A model generated the notes under the pieces. The model ran no database searches, had not been told where the DNA came from, and saw nothing but the letters and a program-made list of their open reading frames with translations. A program made the translations under genes and the position numbers. Below are positions 7,938 through 15,745 of a stretch of DNA of 15,745 nt, one piece after another (the first letter of the stretch is position 1; each line of letters starts with the position of its first letter). Source of the stretch: a virus; the UHGV virus genome UHGV-0374175, one strand, 5' to 3'.

Positions 7938-8873
7938 ATGCAACTAACTTCTAAAATTATCAGTAAGTTTAATTATAATAGATTAGCTTTCCAATTACTT
8001 TTAAATGAGGCCCCCAAAAAATATAAAGTTTATTATATTCCTAAACGTGGCGCAGGTTTTCGGGTGATAGCTCAGCCGACAAAGGAACTAAAAAACGTAC
8101 AGAGATTTATAGTATCTTTGCTACAGCCAAAGCTGCCTGTTCATCATAAGGCAATGGCATATGAATATAAAAAAAGTATTAAAGATAATGCATTGTTGCA
8201 TAAAGATAATAATTATATTCTTAAAATGGATTTTCAGAACTTCTTTAACAAAATTAAACCTGATATATTTTTCTCGAAACTTGAGAACACAGGGCTGAAA
8301 TTGGATTCATTTGATGAGAACACCCTACGTAATTTGCTTTTTTGGCGTCCGGGAAAAAAGAGAAGTACAACGTTGATATTAAGTGTAGGGGCGCCAAGCT
8401 CACCATTTATTAGTAATTTTGTTATGTATGACTTTGACAAGAGTCTTGATGATTGGTGCCGTAACAATGGTATCACTTATTCAAGGTATGCAGATGATAT
8501 AACTTTTTCAACTAATATTAAGGATATATTGTGCAGGGTTCCTAAGGTGGTAAAAAAAATGTTGTCGCTCCATGTTCCCGGTCTATCAATCAATGAATCT
8601 AAAACAATTTTTACATCGATGGCTCATAATCGGCACGTGACTGGTGTAACACTTACACCTCAGGGCAATTTATCAATTGGTCGCGATCGTAAAAGGATGC
8701 TGTTTGCAAAGATTCATAAATATTCTTTGGGACTCTTATCTTCCGAAGAAATAAATAAAACCAAAGGGATGATTGCGTTTGCAAATTATTTGGAGGGTGA
8801 TTTTTTATTAAGGTTACAAAAAAAATATGGTTGTGAGTTAATAACTAAGTTCCTGATGGAAGGAAACAAATAA
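7938..8873 (+). CDS. ret: Retron-type reverse transcriptase
   Basis: 311 aa. RT active site YADD (YSRYADDITFS), retron-typical motif NRHVTGVTL (NAxxH / VTG), and RT motifs such as VGAPSSPFISN. GAGGGG RBS. Preceded by structured non-coding DNA. Confidence 0.92.
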   Translation: MQLTSKIISKFNYNRLAFQLLLNEAPKKYKVYYIPKRGAGFRVIAQPTKELKNVQRFIVSLLQPKLPVHHKAMAYEYKKSIKDNALLHKDNNYILKMDFQNFFNKIKPDIFFSKLENTGLKLDSFDENTLRNLLFWRPGKKRSTTLILSVGAPSSPFISNFVMYDFDKSLDDWCRNNGITYSRYADDITFSTNIKDILCRVPKVVKKMLSLHVPGLSINESKTIFTSMAHNRHVTGVTLTPQGNLSIGRDRKRMLFAKIHKYSLGLLSSEEINKTKGMIAFANYLEGDFLLRLQKKYGCELITKFLMEGNK

Positions 8874-10507
8874 TGATAAATAAAATGAATTTAGAGACTT
8901 GCTATGTTGATTTTTTAGAGTTGGAATCACATGTGATAAACGAGGATTATTTGAAGGAGTCTGTTGAGCTTCAAAAGCTAATATCTACTTTAAATGAGAG
9001 TAAGTTTCATTTAAATAAAATAGGTATACATGATTTTAAACGGATAAGAGAACTACAGATTTCCTTAGAAGATGATTTGACTGTTTTTGTCGGGGATAAC
9101 GGATTCGGTAAAAGCACTATTTTGGATGCAATAGCAATTGTTTTGAGTTGGTTGAGATCAAATATTGAAAAGGAGAGTAAGCCTGGTACTTATATTAAAA
9201 GCCATGAAGTTAATAACTCTGTTGATGTTGAGTATGCATCAATTGATGCAAATATAAAACTTAAGGACTTTAATACCAGTATTTTGATTACTAAAGCGAA
9301 AGAGGGGGCATATTATTCTAGAAATAATGAATTGTTGGAGGTAAAAAAACTTGCAAGTATTTATAGACTTGTGAATAAATATGTTGATAATGCAAGCTTG
9401 CCTTTGATGGCATATTATTCTATTGCGCGTTCTTATATAGGCGGTGGGGTTGATAGGAAAAGAAAAAATGCTAAAACTAAAACTGTATGGTCAAAATTCG
9501 ATGTGTATGATGAAATCGAGTTTGACAGAAATGATTTTACCGATTTTTTTCAATGGCTTGTATTTCTTCATAACAGAGCTTCACAAGAGAAATTGAGTGA
9601 GTCACAAACGACAATCAATGCGTTATTTTCAGATATTCAAAGTTTGAAAGCAACATTAACTCAACTATCTGCGATTGATAATATTGATTCAACAGTTATA
9701 AAAGGTTTAGAGCTTTCGCTTAAAGAAAAATTGAACTACATGAAATCTCTGCAATCAGGAGAACATAAGTTTAATAATGCAGTATCACTTTATGATAGTG
9801 TTATAAATACCATTCTAAAGTTCTTGCCTGAATTTCAGTGGATTAAGCTTGTTTATGGTGATGATGATTATAAGATTATCCTTAAAAAAGGAGAGGTTGA
9901 ATTAGATGTTCAACAGTTGTCTCAAGGTGAGAAAACTATATTTACTTTAGTTGGTGATTTGGCTCGACGTTTAATTTTACTTAATCCAAATTTATCTAAT
10001 CCTCTATTGGGATATGGGATTGTTTTAATTGATGAAATTGATTTGCATTTGCATCCGCAATGGCAACAGACAATTATTGAGCGTTTGACATCTACATTCC
10101 CAAATGTTCAATTTGTAGTTACTACCCATAGCCCACAGGTTTTATCCACTGTTAGCTCTCGTTCAGTGCGTATTCTACAGGAAGTGGAAGTAGATGGTGT
10201 TAATGATTTGATAGTGTCTCACCCCGACTATCAAATAAAAGGTGTTAGTAATCAGGATGCACTTTTATATGGAATGAGAACTGATCCTATACCCTCTACT
10301 AAAGAAAATGGTTGGCTTGAAGAATATAAAAAATTGGTTGAGCTTAATCGTTATAGCAGTGACGAGGCTCTTTTGTTAAGAGAAAAAGTTATTAAACATT
10401 TCGGATTAGACCATCCTTTAGTTCAAGAGTGTGATGATCTTATATCTGTTTTGGAGTTCAAAAATAAGATAAATCAGCACTTTTCTGGAAGTAAGGATGT
10501 AAAATGA
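8873..10507 (+). CDS. ABC/SMC-like ATPase (Septu PtuA-like retron effector)
   Basis: 544 aa. Walker A GDNGFGKST, ABC signature-like LSQGEKTIF, Walker B VLIDEIDLHLHP, and a long helical middle region. Its start overlaps the RT stop (TAATG). Confidence 0.85.
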   Translation: MINKMNLETCYVDFLELESHVINEDYLKESVELQKLISTLNESKFHLNKIGIHDFKRIRELQISLEDDLTVFVGDNGFGKSTILDAIAIVLSWLRSNIEKESKPGTYIKSHEVNNSVDVEYASIDANIKLKDFNTSILITKAKEGAYYSRNNELLEVKKLASIYRLVNKYVDNASLPLMAYYSIARSYIGGGVDRKRKNAKTKTVWSKFDVYDEIEFDRNDFTDFFQWLVFLHNRASQEKLSESQTTINALFSDIQSLKATLTQLSAIDNIDSTVIKGLELSLKEKLNYMKSLQSGEHKFNNAVSLYDSVINTILKFLPEFQWIKLVYGDDDYKIILKKGEVELDVQQLSQGEKTIFTLVGDLARRLILLNPNLSNPLLGYGIVLIDEIDLHLHPQWQQTIIERLTSTFPNVQFVVTTHSPQVLSTVSSRSVRILQEVEVDGVNDLIVSHPDYQIKGVSNQDALLYGMRTDPIPSTKENGWLEEYKKLVELNRYSSDEALLLREKVIKHFGLDHPLVQECDDLISVLEFKNKINQHFSGSKDVK

Positions 10508-11187
10508 AATATCTATCTAGGCAAATGCCAGGGCCTTCCGTTCTTAATAAATTTGACTATAGGAGGGATGATTGGAATTCCCTATCATCAAATGATAAAA
10601 AAGAAATATGGGAAGAAATAATAAAAATGCAAGGTAAATTATGTGCTTATTGCGAGAAAAAAATAGAGCATCATAAAAGTGGTGACAAAAATAAAGTTGA
10701 GAGGCATATTGAGCATTTTTACAGGAAAAGTTATTACAAAAATTTAACTTTCGAGTGGTCTAATTTGTTTGGCTCATGTGGTGAGCCGCAAAGGTGTGGG
10801 TTTTATAAGGATAAGCAAAAATATAACGATGATGATTTAATTAAAGCTGATAGACAAAATCCAGATGTTTTTTTCCATTTTTTGGAAAATGGTGATGTTC
10901 ATATTAGAGAAGGCTTGAATGAGAAAGAACACAAAATGGCAGAGGTTACGTTAAGAGTATTTAACTTAAACCCGTCCTCAGGAGGAGTCAAGGCGGAAAG
11001 AAGACGTGCAATAGAATTAAGCATGACATTAATAAAGGAACTGGTCGGATGTGCATCTCAGCTTATTGAATCAGGATGTGAAATTGAAGATGTTAGATCT
11101 ATGGTCTTTGATGAGTTTAAAAAGAATGTAAAAGATAGATGCTTTACCACTGCGATAAAGCATGTTTTTGAGAATAGAATGCCTTAA
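10504..11187 (+). CDS. HNH endonuclease (Septu PtuB-like retron effector)
   Basis: 227 aa with CAYCEKKIEHH...ERHIEHFYRKS...NLFGSCGEPQRCGFY (Cys pairs plus His-rich HNH core). Its start overlaps the ATPase stop (ATGA). Confidence 0.85.
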   Translation: MKYLSRQMPGPSVLNKFDYRRDDWNSLSSNDKKEIWEEIIKMQGKLCAYCEKKIEHHKSGDKNKVERHIEHFYRKSYYKNLTFEWSNLFGSCGEPQRCGFYKDKQKYNDDDLIKADRQNPDVFFHFLENGDVHIREGLNEKEHKMAEVTLRVFNLNPSSGGVKAERRRAIELSMTLIKELVGCASQLIESGCEIEDVRSMVFDEFKKNVKDRCFTTAIKHVFENRMP

Positions 11188-11210
11188 AGGTTAGAGGGAT
11201 GTATATATAA

Positions 11211-12242
11211 TTAATCTATATTATATTCTGAGAAATTGATAATATGCATCCCTATCCACTGATTAAATTCATGGATTTTTTTTTGTAGAGGTACTAATTC
11301 ATTTGTCACAAAAACCTTACTAGCTTTCTCCACATCCCCAAACCCCCCAACATTATTCGGCATAATCCCCATCATTTGCGGCGGCACACGGTGTGCCGCC
11401 ATCATGTCGTCCCGGCTCACGTTCTTGATATTCAGAAATTCATCCTTCGCTGCAACTTCTGACAACGGGATGATCTGAAGCCCGTCCTTTTTGCCGTTAG
11501 GCGAGTACATAAACAAGTTACGGAAGTTGCCCGGTCCTTTGGCGTTTTTCATCGCGTTGCGGAGGTTGTTCACATCCTCCTGGTTCTGCGCGGCGTCAGT
11601 CATATACATGATGAAGCCTGCATGACTGCCGTTAATGTAATACTTGCGGCGGAACAGCGTGGCGGACTCGTTGAGCAGGGCTGACGGAATGGCAGAAAGA
11701 TAACCGGGCAGGCCGTAGATCTCCTGGTTGATGTCCGGTTCCATCAGATGAAAAATGCTGCCTTTCGCGAACTGATACGGCTGGGTTGTCATACCGTATT
11801 GCACAAACCAGTAGGTATCCAGGTCTAACCCGCGTCGGGTGTATTTTGCCAGCGCAGGCTCAAGGGCGATAACTTCACCGAATCGGTTCGTGCGTTTCTC
11901 CAGGTAGGCGTTACCAAATACCAGATAGTCCAGCACAAAACGCGAAAAAGCCTGCTGGCTGAGAAGCGGGTGAGGGATGTAGGTGCTGGTCAGAATGTTG
12001 CATTTCACTGCAATTGGTGAACTGTGATGCACGGCAGCGCGGAAGGTGCGCGCCAGTCCGTCAAAGCTGACGGGAGGCTCATACCAGCGATCTGTCTGTA
12101 CGCATTCCACATAGTCCAGCAGTTCGCGGCGGTCAAGTACTGGAATGGGATCACCGAAGCTGAATGCTTCGGCTGAAGCTTGGCTTTTATGCTGGATCTG
12201 GTTCGTCGCCGCAGCGCGTTTTTTTTTACTCTTTCCCATCAA
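11211..12242 (-). CDS. Q: Portal (capsid portal vertex) protein, P2 gpQ family
   Basis: 343-aa ORF matching my recollection of P2 Q in length and arrangement. It is convergent with the cargo island, and its start overlaps the stop of the upstream terminase gene (ATGA), as in the P2 P-Q operon. Confidence 0.85.
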   Translation of the reverse strand: MMGKSKKKRAAATNQIQHKSQASAEAFSFGDPIPVLDRRELLDYVECVQTDRWYEPPVSFDGLARTFRAAVHHSSPIAVKCNILTSTYIPHPLLSQQAFSRFVLDYLVFGNAYLEKRTNRFGEVIALEPALAKYTRRGLDLDTYWFVQYGMTTQPYQFAKGSIFHLMEPDINQEIYGLPGYLSAIPSALLNESATLFRRKYYINGSHAGFIMYMTDAAQNQEDVNNLRNAMKNAKGPGNFRNLFMYSPNGKKDGLQIIPLSEVAAKDEFLNIKNVSRDDMMAAHRVPPQMMGIMPNNVGGFGDVEKASKVFVTNELVPLQKKIHEFNQWIGMHIINFSEYNID

Positions 12243-13081
12243 AAAATCTCCACAATATTGCTGGTATTGGCGGACTCGCCCTGCAGCGGTTCGTTAAACA
12301 GTGCGTGCATTGTTGCCCAGGCCAGATCGGCATGGCTGGCTTCTTCACTGCGGCTTGCTTCATAGGTCGGGCGGTTGCCGCTGGCGGTGGTTGCGCGACG
12401 GATTGCCATAAATGACTGCGCTATGTCGGTGTGTCCGGCGTCAAACTCCAGACGACGGTGACTGATAATGTCGTAGGCCTTGAGTACCAGGGCGTTTTTA
12501 ACGTTGGGGTTGTAGACAAACTCCCGGACGGCTGGAAAAAACGCTTTCACGTTTTCATAAACCCCGTGACCGACACCCGTCGAGTCGATGCCGATATAGG
12601 TCACGTTGTACTGTTCGGTCAGTTTTTTGATGGCGTCAGCCTGGGCGCGGAAGTCCATCCCGCGCCACTGGTGACGCTCAAGAATGCGGAACTTACCGCC
12701 CGGCACGGCTGGCGGTGCCACCACCACGCATCCGGCGCTGTCGCCGTTTTGCGTACCTTTTGCCGGGTCATAACCGATCCACACCTCGCGCCAGCCAAAC
12801 GGGCGCAGGGCCAGTGCATGAAAGTCGGTCCAGACTTCCCAGCTGTCCACCATGCACGCCTGCAGCTCGCTGAGCGGGAACACGGACGCGAGATCGTCCA
12901 CGAACTCGCACATCAGCAGGTTCTGGTATTCGTCCGGGCTGTACTCCATGCGCAACTGGTCAAGGTCGAACAGGTTACAGCCGCCGCGCACCGCATCTTC
13001 CACGGTGACTATCTGGCGGTATTGCCCGTCTGCGCACAGCAGGCCGGGGGCCAGATTGCTATGGGACAGGTCGATGTCCAC
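12239..13081 (-). pseudogene. P: Terminase large (ATPase) subunit, P2 gpP family: C-terminal fragment only
   Basis: The 280-aa ORF (reported start is a GTG) is directly upstream of and coupled to Q. The frame is open upstream to a stop at 13172-13174 with no ATG/GTG/TTG start in between, so the N-terminal ATPase half is absent. The upstream side abuts a baseplate-J fragment on the other strand. Confidence 0.75.
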
Positions 13082-13120
13082 CTTGTCGGCTTTGTTGCGT
13101 CCACGGTTGAACAGCGCACC

Positions 13121-13711
13121 GGACCAGAACGGATACCGCCCGTTGCGGCTGTGATGGAAAGTGATGAAGCGTTACGCCTGCGTGTGCCTGCAGCCTTTGA
13201 AGGGCTTTCTGTTGCTGGGCCAACTGCCGCTTATGAGTTTCATGCACGAAGCGCCGACGGTCGGGTGGCGGATGCCAGTGCAACCAGTCCGGCACCTGCA
13301 GAGGTGGTGCTTACGGTCCTAAGCCGTGAAGGCGACGGAACAGCAGAAAAAGACCTGCTGGATGTGGTGGAGAAAGCCCTGAACAGTGAGAACGTCCGCC
13401 CGGTGGCTGACCGTCTGACGGTTCGCAGCGCGGAAATCATCCCGTACCGCGTGGAAGCCACCATTTTTCTCTATCCGGGGCCGGAAGCAGAGCCGGTAAT
13501 GGCAGCGGCAAAAGCCAGCCTGCAGAGGTACATCGCCAGTCAGACGCGGCTTGGTCGGGATATTCGCCGTAGCGCCATTTTTGCCGCGCTGCATGTTGAG
13601 GGTGTTCAGCGTGTGGAACTGGCTTCCCCGCTGGCGGATGTGGTCATGAACAAAACGCAGGCGGCATCATGTACGCAGTGGAGCGTGACCAACGGGGGTA
13701 CGGATGAATAG
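13121..13711 (+). pseudogene. J: Baseplate assembly protein J (P2 gpJ family): C-terminal fragment
   Basis: ...IPPVAAVMESDEALRLRVPAAFEGLSVAGPTAAYEFHARSADGRVAD...GRDIRRSAIFAALHVEGVQRVELASPLADVV... matches the C-terminal two-thirds of P2 J as I recall it. The N-terminal part is missing. The 5' portion of the tracked ORF (12431-13120) is antisense to the terminase fragment and is not J. Confidence 0.75.
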
Positions 13712-14309
13712 TCTGCTGCCACCGGGTTCAACGCCACTGGAGCGCCGACTGGCGCAAACCTGCAGCGGGATTTCTGATCTGCAGGTGCCGCTGCGTGACT
13801 TGTGGAATCCGGCAACCTGTCCGGTCAGTTTCCTGCCTTATCTCGCCTGGGCGTTCTCTGTGGATCGCTGGGACGAGGGCTGGACAGAAAGCGTCAAACG
13901 TCAGGTGGTGAAGGATGCTTTTTATATTCATCAGCATAAAGGAACCACCAGTGCCGTGCGGCGGGTGGTGGAGCCGTTCGGCTTTCTGATCCGCATTATT
14001 GAGTGGTGGCAGACCGGAGAGGCACCGGGCACGTTTCGTCTGGATATCGGCGTGCAGGACCAGGGCATCACTGAAGATACCTATCTGGAACTTGAGCGAC
14101 TGATAAGCGATGCCAAACCATGTAGCCGTCACATGATCGGCATGTCCATCAACCTGCAGACCAGCGGCCCGCACTGGGTGGGAGCCGCCAGCTATCTTGG
14201 CGAAGAAATCACGATCTATCCGTATATCAACGAAACAATTATTTCCGGCGGCACCGCGCATGAAGGCGGGGCGGTCCATGTTATTGACACAATGAGAGTG
14301 AATCCATGA
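13704..14309 (+). CDS. I: Tail/baseplate protein I (P2 gpI family)
   Basis: 201-aa ORF immediately after J, with its stop overlapping the start of the H-like gene (ATGA). This is the J-I-H order of P2-family tail operons. Confidence 0.8.
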   Translation: MNSLLPPGSTPLERRLAQTCSGISDLQVPLRDLWNPATCPVSFLPYLAWAFSVDRWDEGWTESVKRQVVKDAFYIHQHKGTTSAVRRVVEPFGFLIRIIEWWQTGEAPGTFRLDIGVQDQGITEDTYLELERLISDAKPCSRHMIGMSINLQTSGPHWVGAASYLGEEITIYPYINETIISGGTAHEGGAVHVIDTMRVNP

Positions 14310-15607
14310 GCACAAAATTTTATACCCTGCTGACGGATATTGGCGCGGCGAAACTTGCCAGCGCCGCCGCGCTCGGTGTGCCGCTAAAAATTACCCATAT
14401 GGCGGTGGGCGATGGCGGCGGAGTATTGCCGACGCCGGACGCAAAGCAGACTGCACTGGTAAATGAGAAACGCCGGGCTGCGCTGAATATGCTCTATATC
14501 GACCCGCAGAACAGCAGCCAGATTATTGCTGAACAGGTGATCCCTGAAAACGAGGGCGGTTGGTGGATACGTGAAGTGGGCCTGTTTGATGAGTCAGGGG
14601 CATTGATTGCCGTGGGGAACTGCCCGGAAAGCTATAAACCGCAACTGGCTGAAGGCAGCGGGCGCACCCAGACCGTGCGCATGGTGCTGATTACCAGCAG
14701 CAAGGAAAATATCACCCTGAAAATCGATCCTGCTGTAGTGCTGGCAACCCGCAAGTATGTGGATGACAAGGTACTGGAGCTGAAGGTGTATGTGGATGAC
14801 CTGATGGCAAAACACCTTGCCGCACAGGACCCACATTCACAGTATGCACAGAAAGAAAGTCCGACGTTTACCGGGAAACCCAAAGCGCCAACGCCAGCAG
14901 CAGGGAATAACACCACGCAGATTGCGACCACCGCGTTTGTTCAGGCGGCACTGATAGCCCTTATTAATGGTGCGCCAGCCACACTGGATACGCTGAAAGA
15001 AATTGCCGCTGCCATTAATAATGACCCGAAATTCAGTACCACCATTAACAATGCGCTGGCACTGAAAGCGCCGTTGTCGAGTCCGGCACTCACCGGAACG
15101 CCAACAGCCCCCACGGCGGCGCAGTCGGTCAACAATACACAGATTGCCACTACGGCTTTTGTGAAATCGGCGATTGCGGCAATGGTGGGTTCTGCACCTG
15201 CGGCACTGGATACACTGAACGAACTGGCGGCGGCGCTGGGGAATGACCCGAACTTTGCCACGACAATGCTTAATGCACTGGCAGGTAAACAACCGCTGGA
15301 CAATACGCTGACTAATTTGAGTGGAAAGGATGTAGCTGGTCTTCTCACATACCTTGGTTTGGGAGAAGGTTCGGCATTACCCGTTGGTGTGCCTGTTCCG
15401 TGGCCTTCAGCCACACCGCCTACTGGCTGGCTGAAATGCAACGGTGCGGCTTTTTCTGCTGAAGAATACCCGGAACTGGCAAAGGTTTATCCGACAAATA
15501 AATTGCCTGATTTACGCGGTGAATTTATTCGTGGCTGGGATGACGGACGTGGAGTGGATGCCGGGCGACAATTATTATCTTCACAGGGGGATGCAATAAG
15601 AAATATT
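14306..15607 (+). pseudogene. H: Tail fibre protein H (P2 gpH family), N-terminal ~434 codons, truncated by IS1
   Basis: N-terminus MSTKFYTLLTDIGAAKLASA... and internal repeats (NNTQIATTAFV... twice) are typical of P2-type tail fibres. The reading frame runs into IS1 sequence from 15608, so the C-terminal receptor-binding part is missing from this locus. Confidence 0.8.
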
Positions 15608-15745
15608 GGTAATGACTCCAACTTATTGATAGTGTTTTATGTTCAGATAATGCCCGATGACTTTGTCATGCAGCTCCACCGATTTTGAGAACGACAGCGA
15701 CTTCCGTCCCAGCCGTGCCAGGTGCTGCCTCAGATTCAGGTTATG
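15608..15745 (-). mobile_element. IS1 insertion sequence, terminal part (continues beyond the window)
   Basis: 15608-15745 is the reverse complement of the IS1 end as I recall it (…CATAACCTGAATCTGAGGCAGCACCTGGCACGGCTGGGACGGAAGTCGCTGTCGTTCTCAAAATCGGTGGAGCTGCATGACAAAGTCATCGGGCATTATCTGAACATAAAACACTATCAATAAGTTGGAGTCATTACC), including the terminal inverted repeat GGTAATGACTCC. Confidence 0.9.
15623..15745 (-). CDS. insB: IS1 transposase InsB, C-terminal part (partial at window edge)
   Basis: The minus-strand frame encodes ...[41 protein letters not shown], with the stop codon complementary to 15623-15625. Confidence 0.8.

Noticed and set aside
7640-7940. Search for retron a1/a2 inverted repeats flanking msr-msd
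   Set aside because: Only short or interrupted complementarity was found by eye (for example AAAACCA...AAAGCG near 7641-7658 versus 7913-7925), and that candidate would overlap the proposed promoter and cos-like motif. It is not reported as a feature; computational folding is needed.
12431-13711. 426-aa plus-strand ORF
   Set aside because: Its first two-thirds is the antisense of the GC-rich terminase and portal coding sequence, where long open antisense frames are common. Only the last ~195 codons (from about 13121) carry baseplate J similarity. It is treated as a J fragment, not a 426-aa protein.
13728-14315. 195-aa minus-strand ORF
   Set aside because: Antisense to tail gene I, which sits in a conserved, translationally coupled J-I-H operon.
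14594-15441. Several minus-strand ORFs (80-166 aa) inside tail fibre gene H
   Set aside because: Antisense to the conserved tail fibre frame. They are low-complexity Arg/Cys- or Ala/Ser-rich products with no start context.
1-15745. CRISPR arrays and tRNA/rRNA genes
   Set aside because: No regularly spaced direct repeats with unique spacers were seen, and no cloverleaf-compatible tRNA-like segment or rRNA-like sequence was recognised.

Overview
This window reads as a segment of a defective 186-like (P2-family) prophage from an E. coli-like enterobacterium. From left to right: an immunity and early region (186-type CI repressor, Apl/Cox-like, CII-like, small early ORFs, TraR/DksA-type zinc finger, ASCH-like protein, Dam methylase, replication endonuclease A); a LexA-box-fronted tum/DinI-like pair; a terminator, GATC cluster and cos-like motif; then an AT-rich cargo island carrying a retron (palindrome-rich ncRNA, reverse transcriptase, ABC/SMC-like ATPase, HNH nuclease, as a translationally coupled operon). 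After the island come portal Q, a truncated terminase P joined directly to the C-terminal part of baseplate J (most morphogenesis genes deleted), tail gene I, and tail fibre H interrupted by the end of an IS1 element at the window edge. The retron is the main system of interest; it matches a known class (RT with Septu-like ATPase and HNH effectors) rather than being clearly new. All protein assignments come from reading motifs and remembered family sequences, not from a database search.
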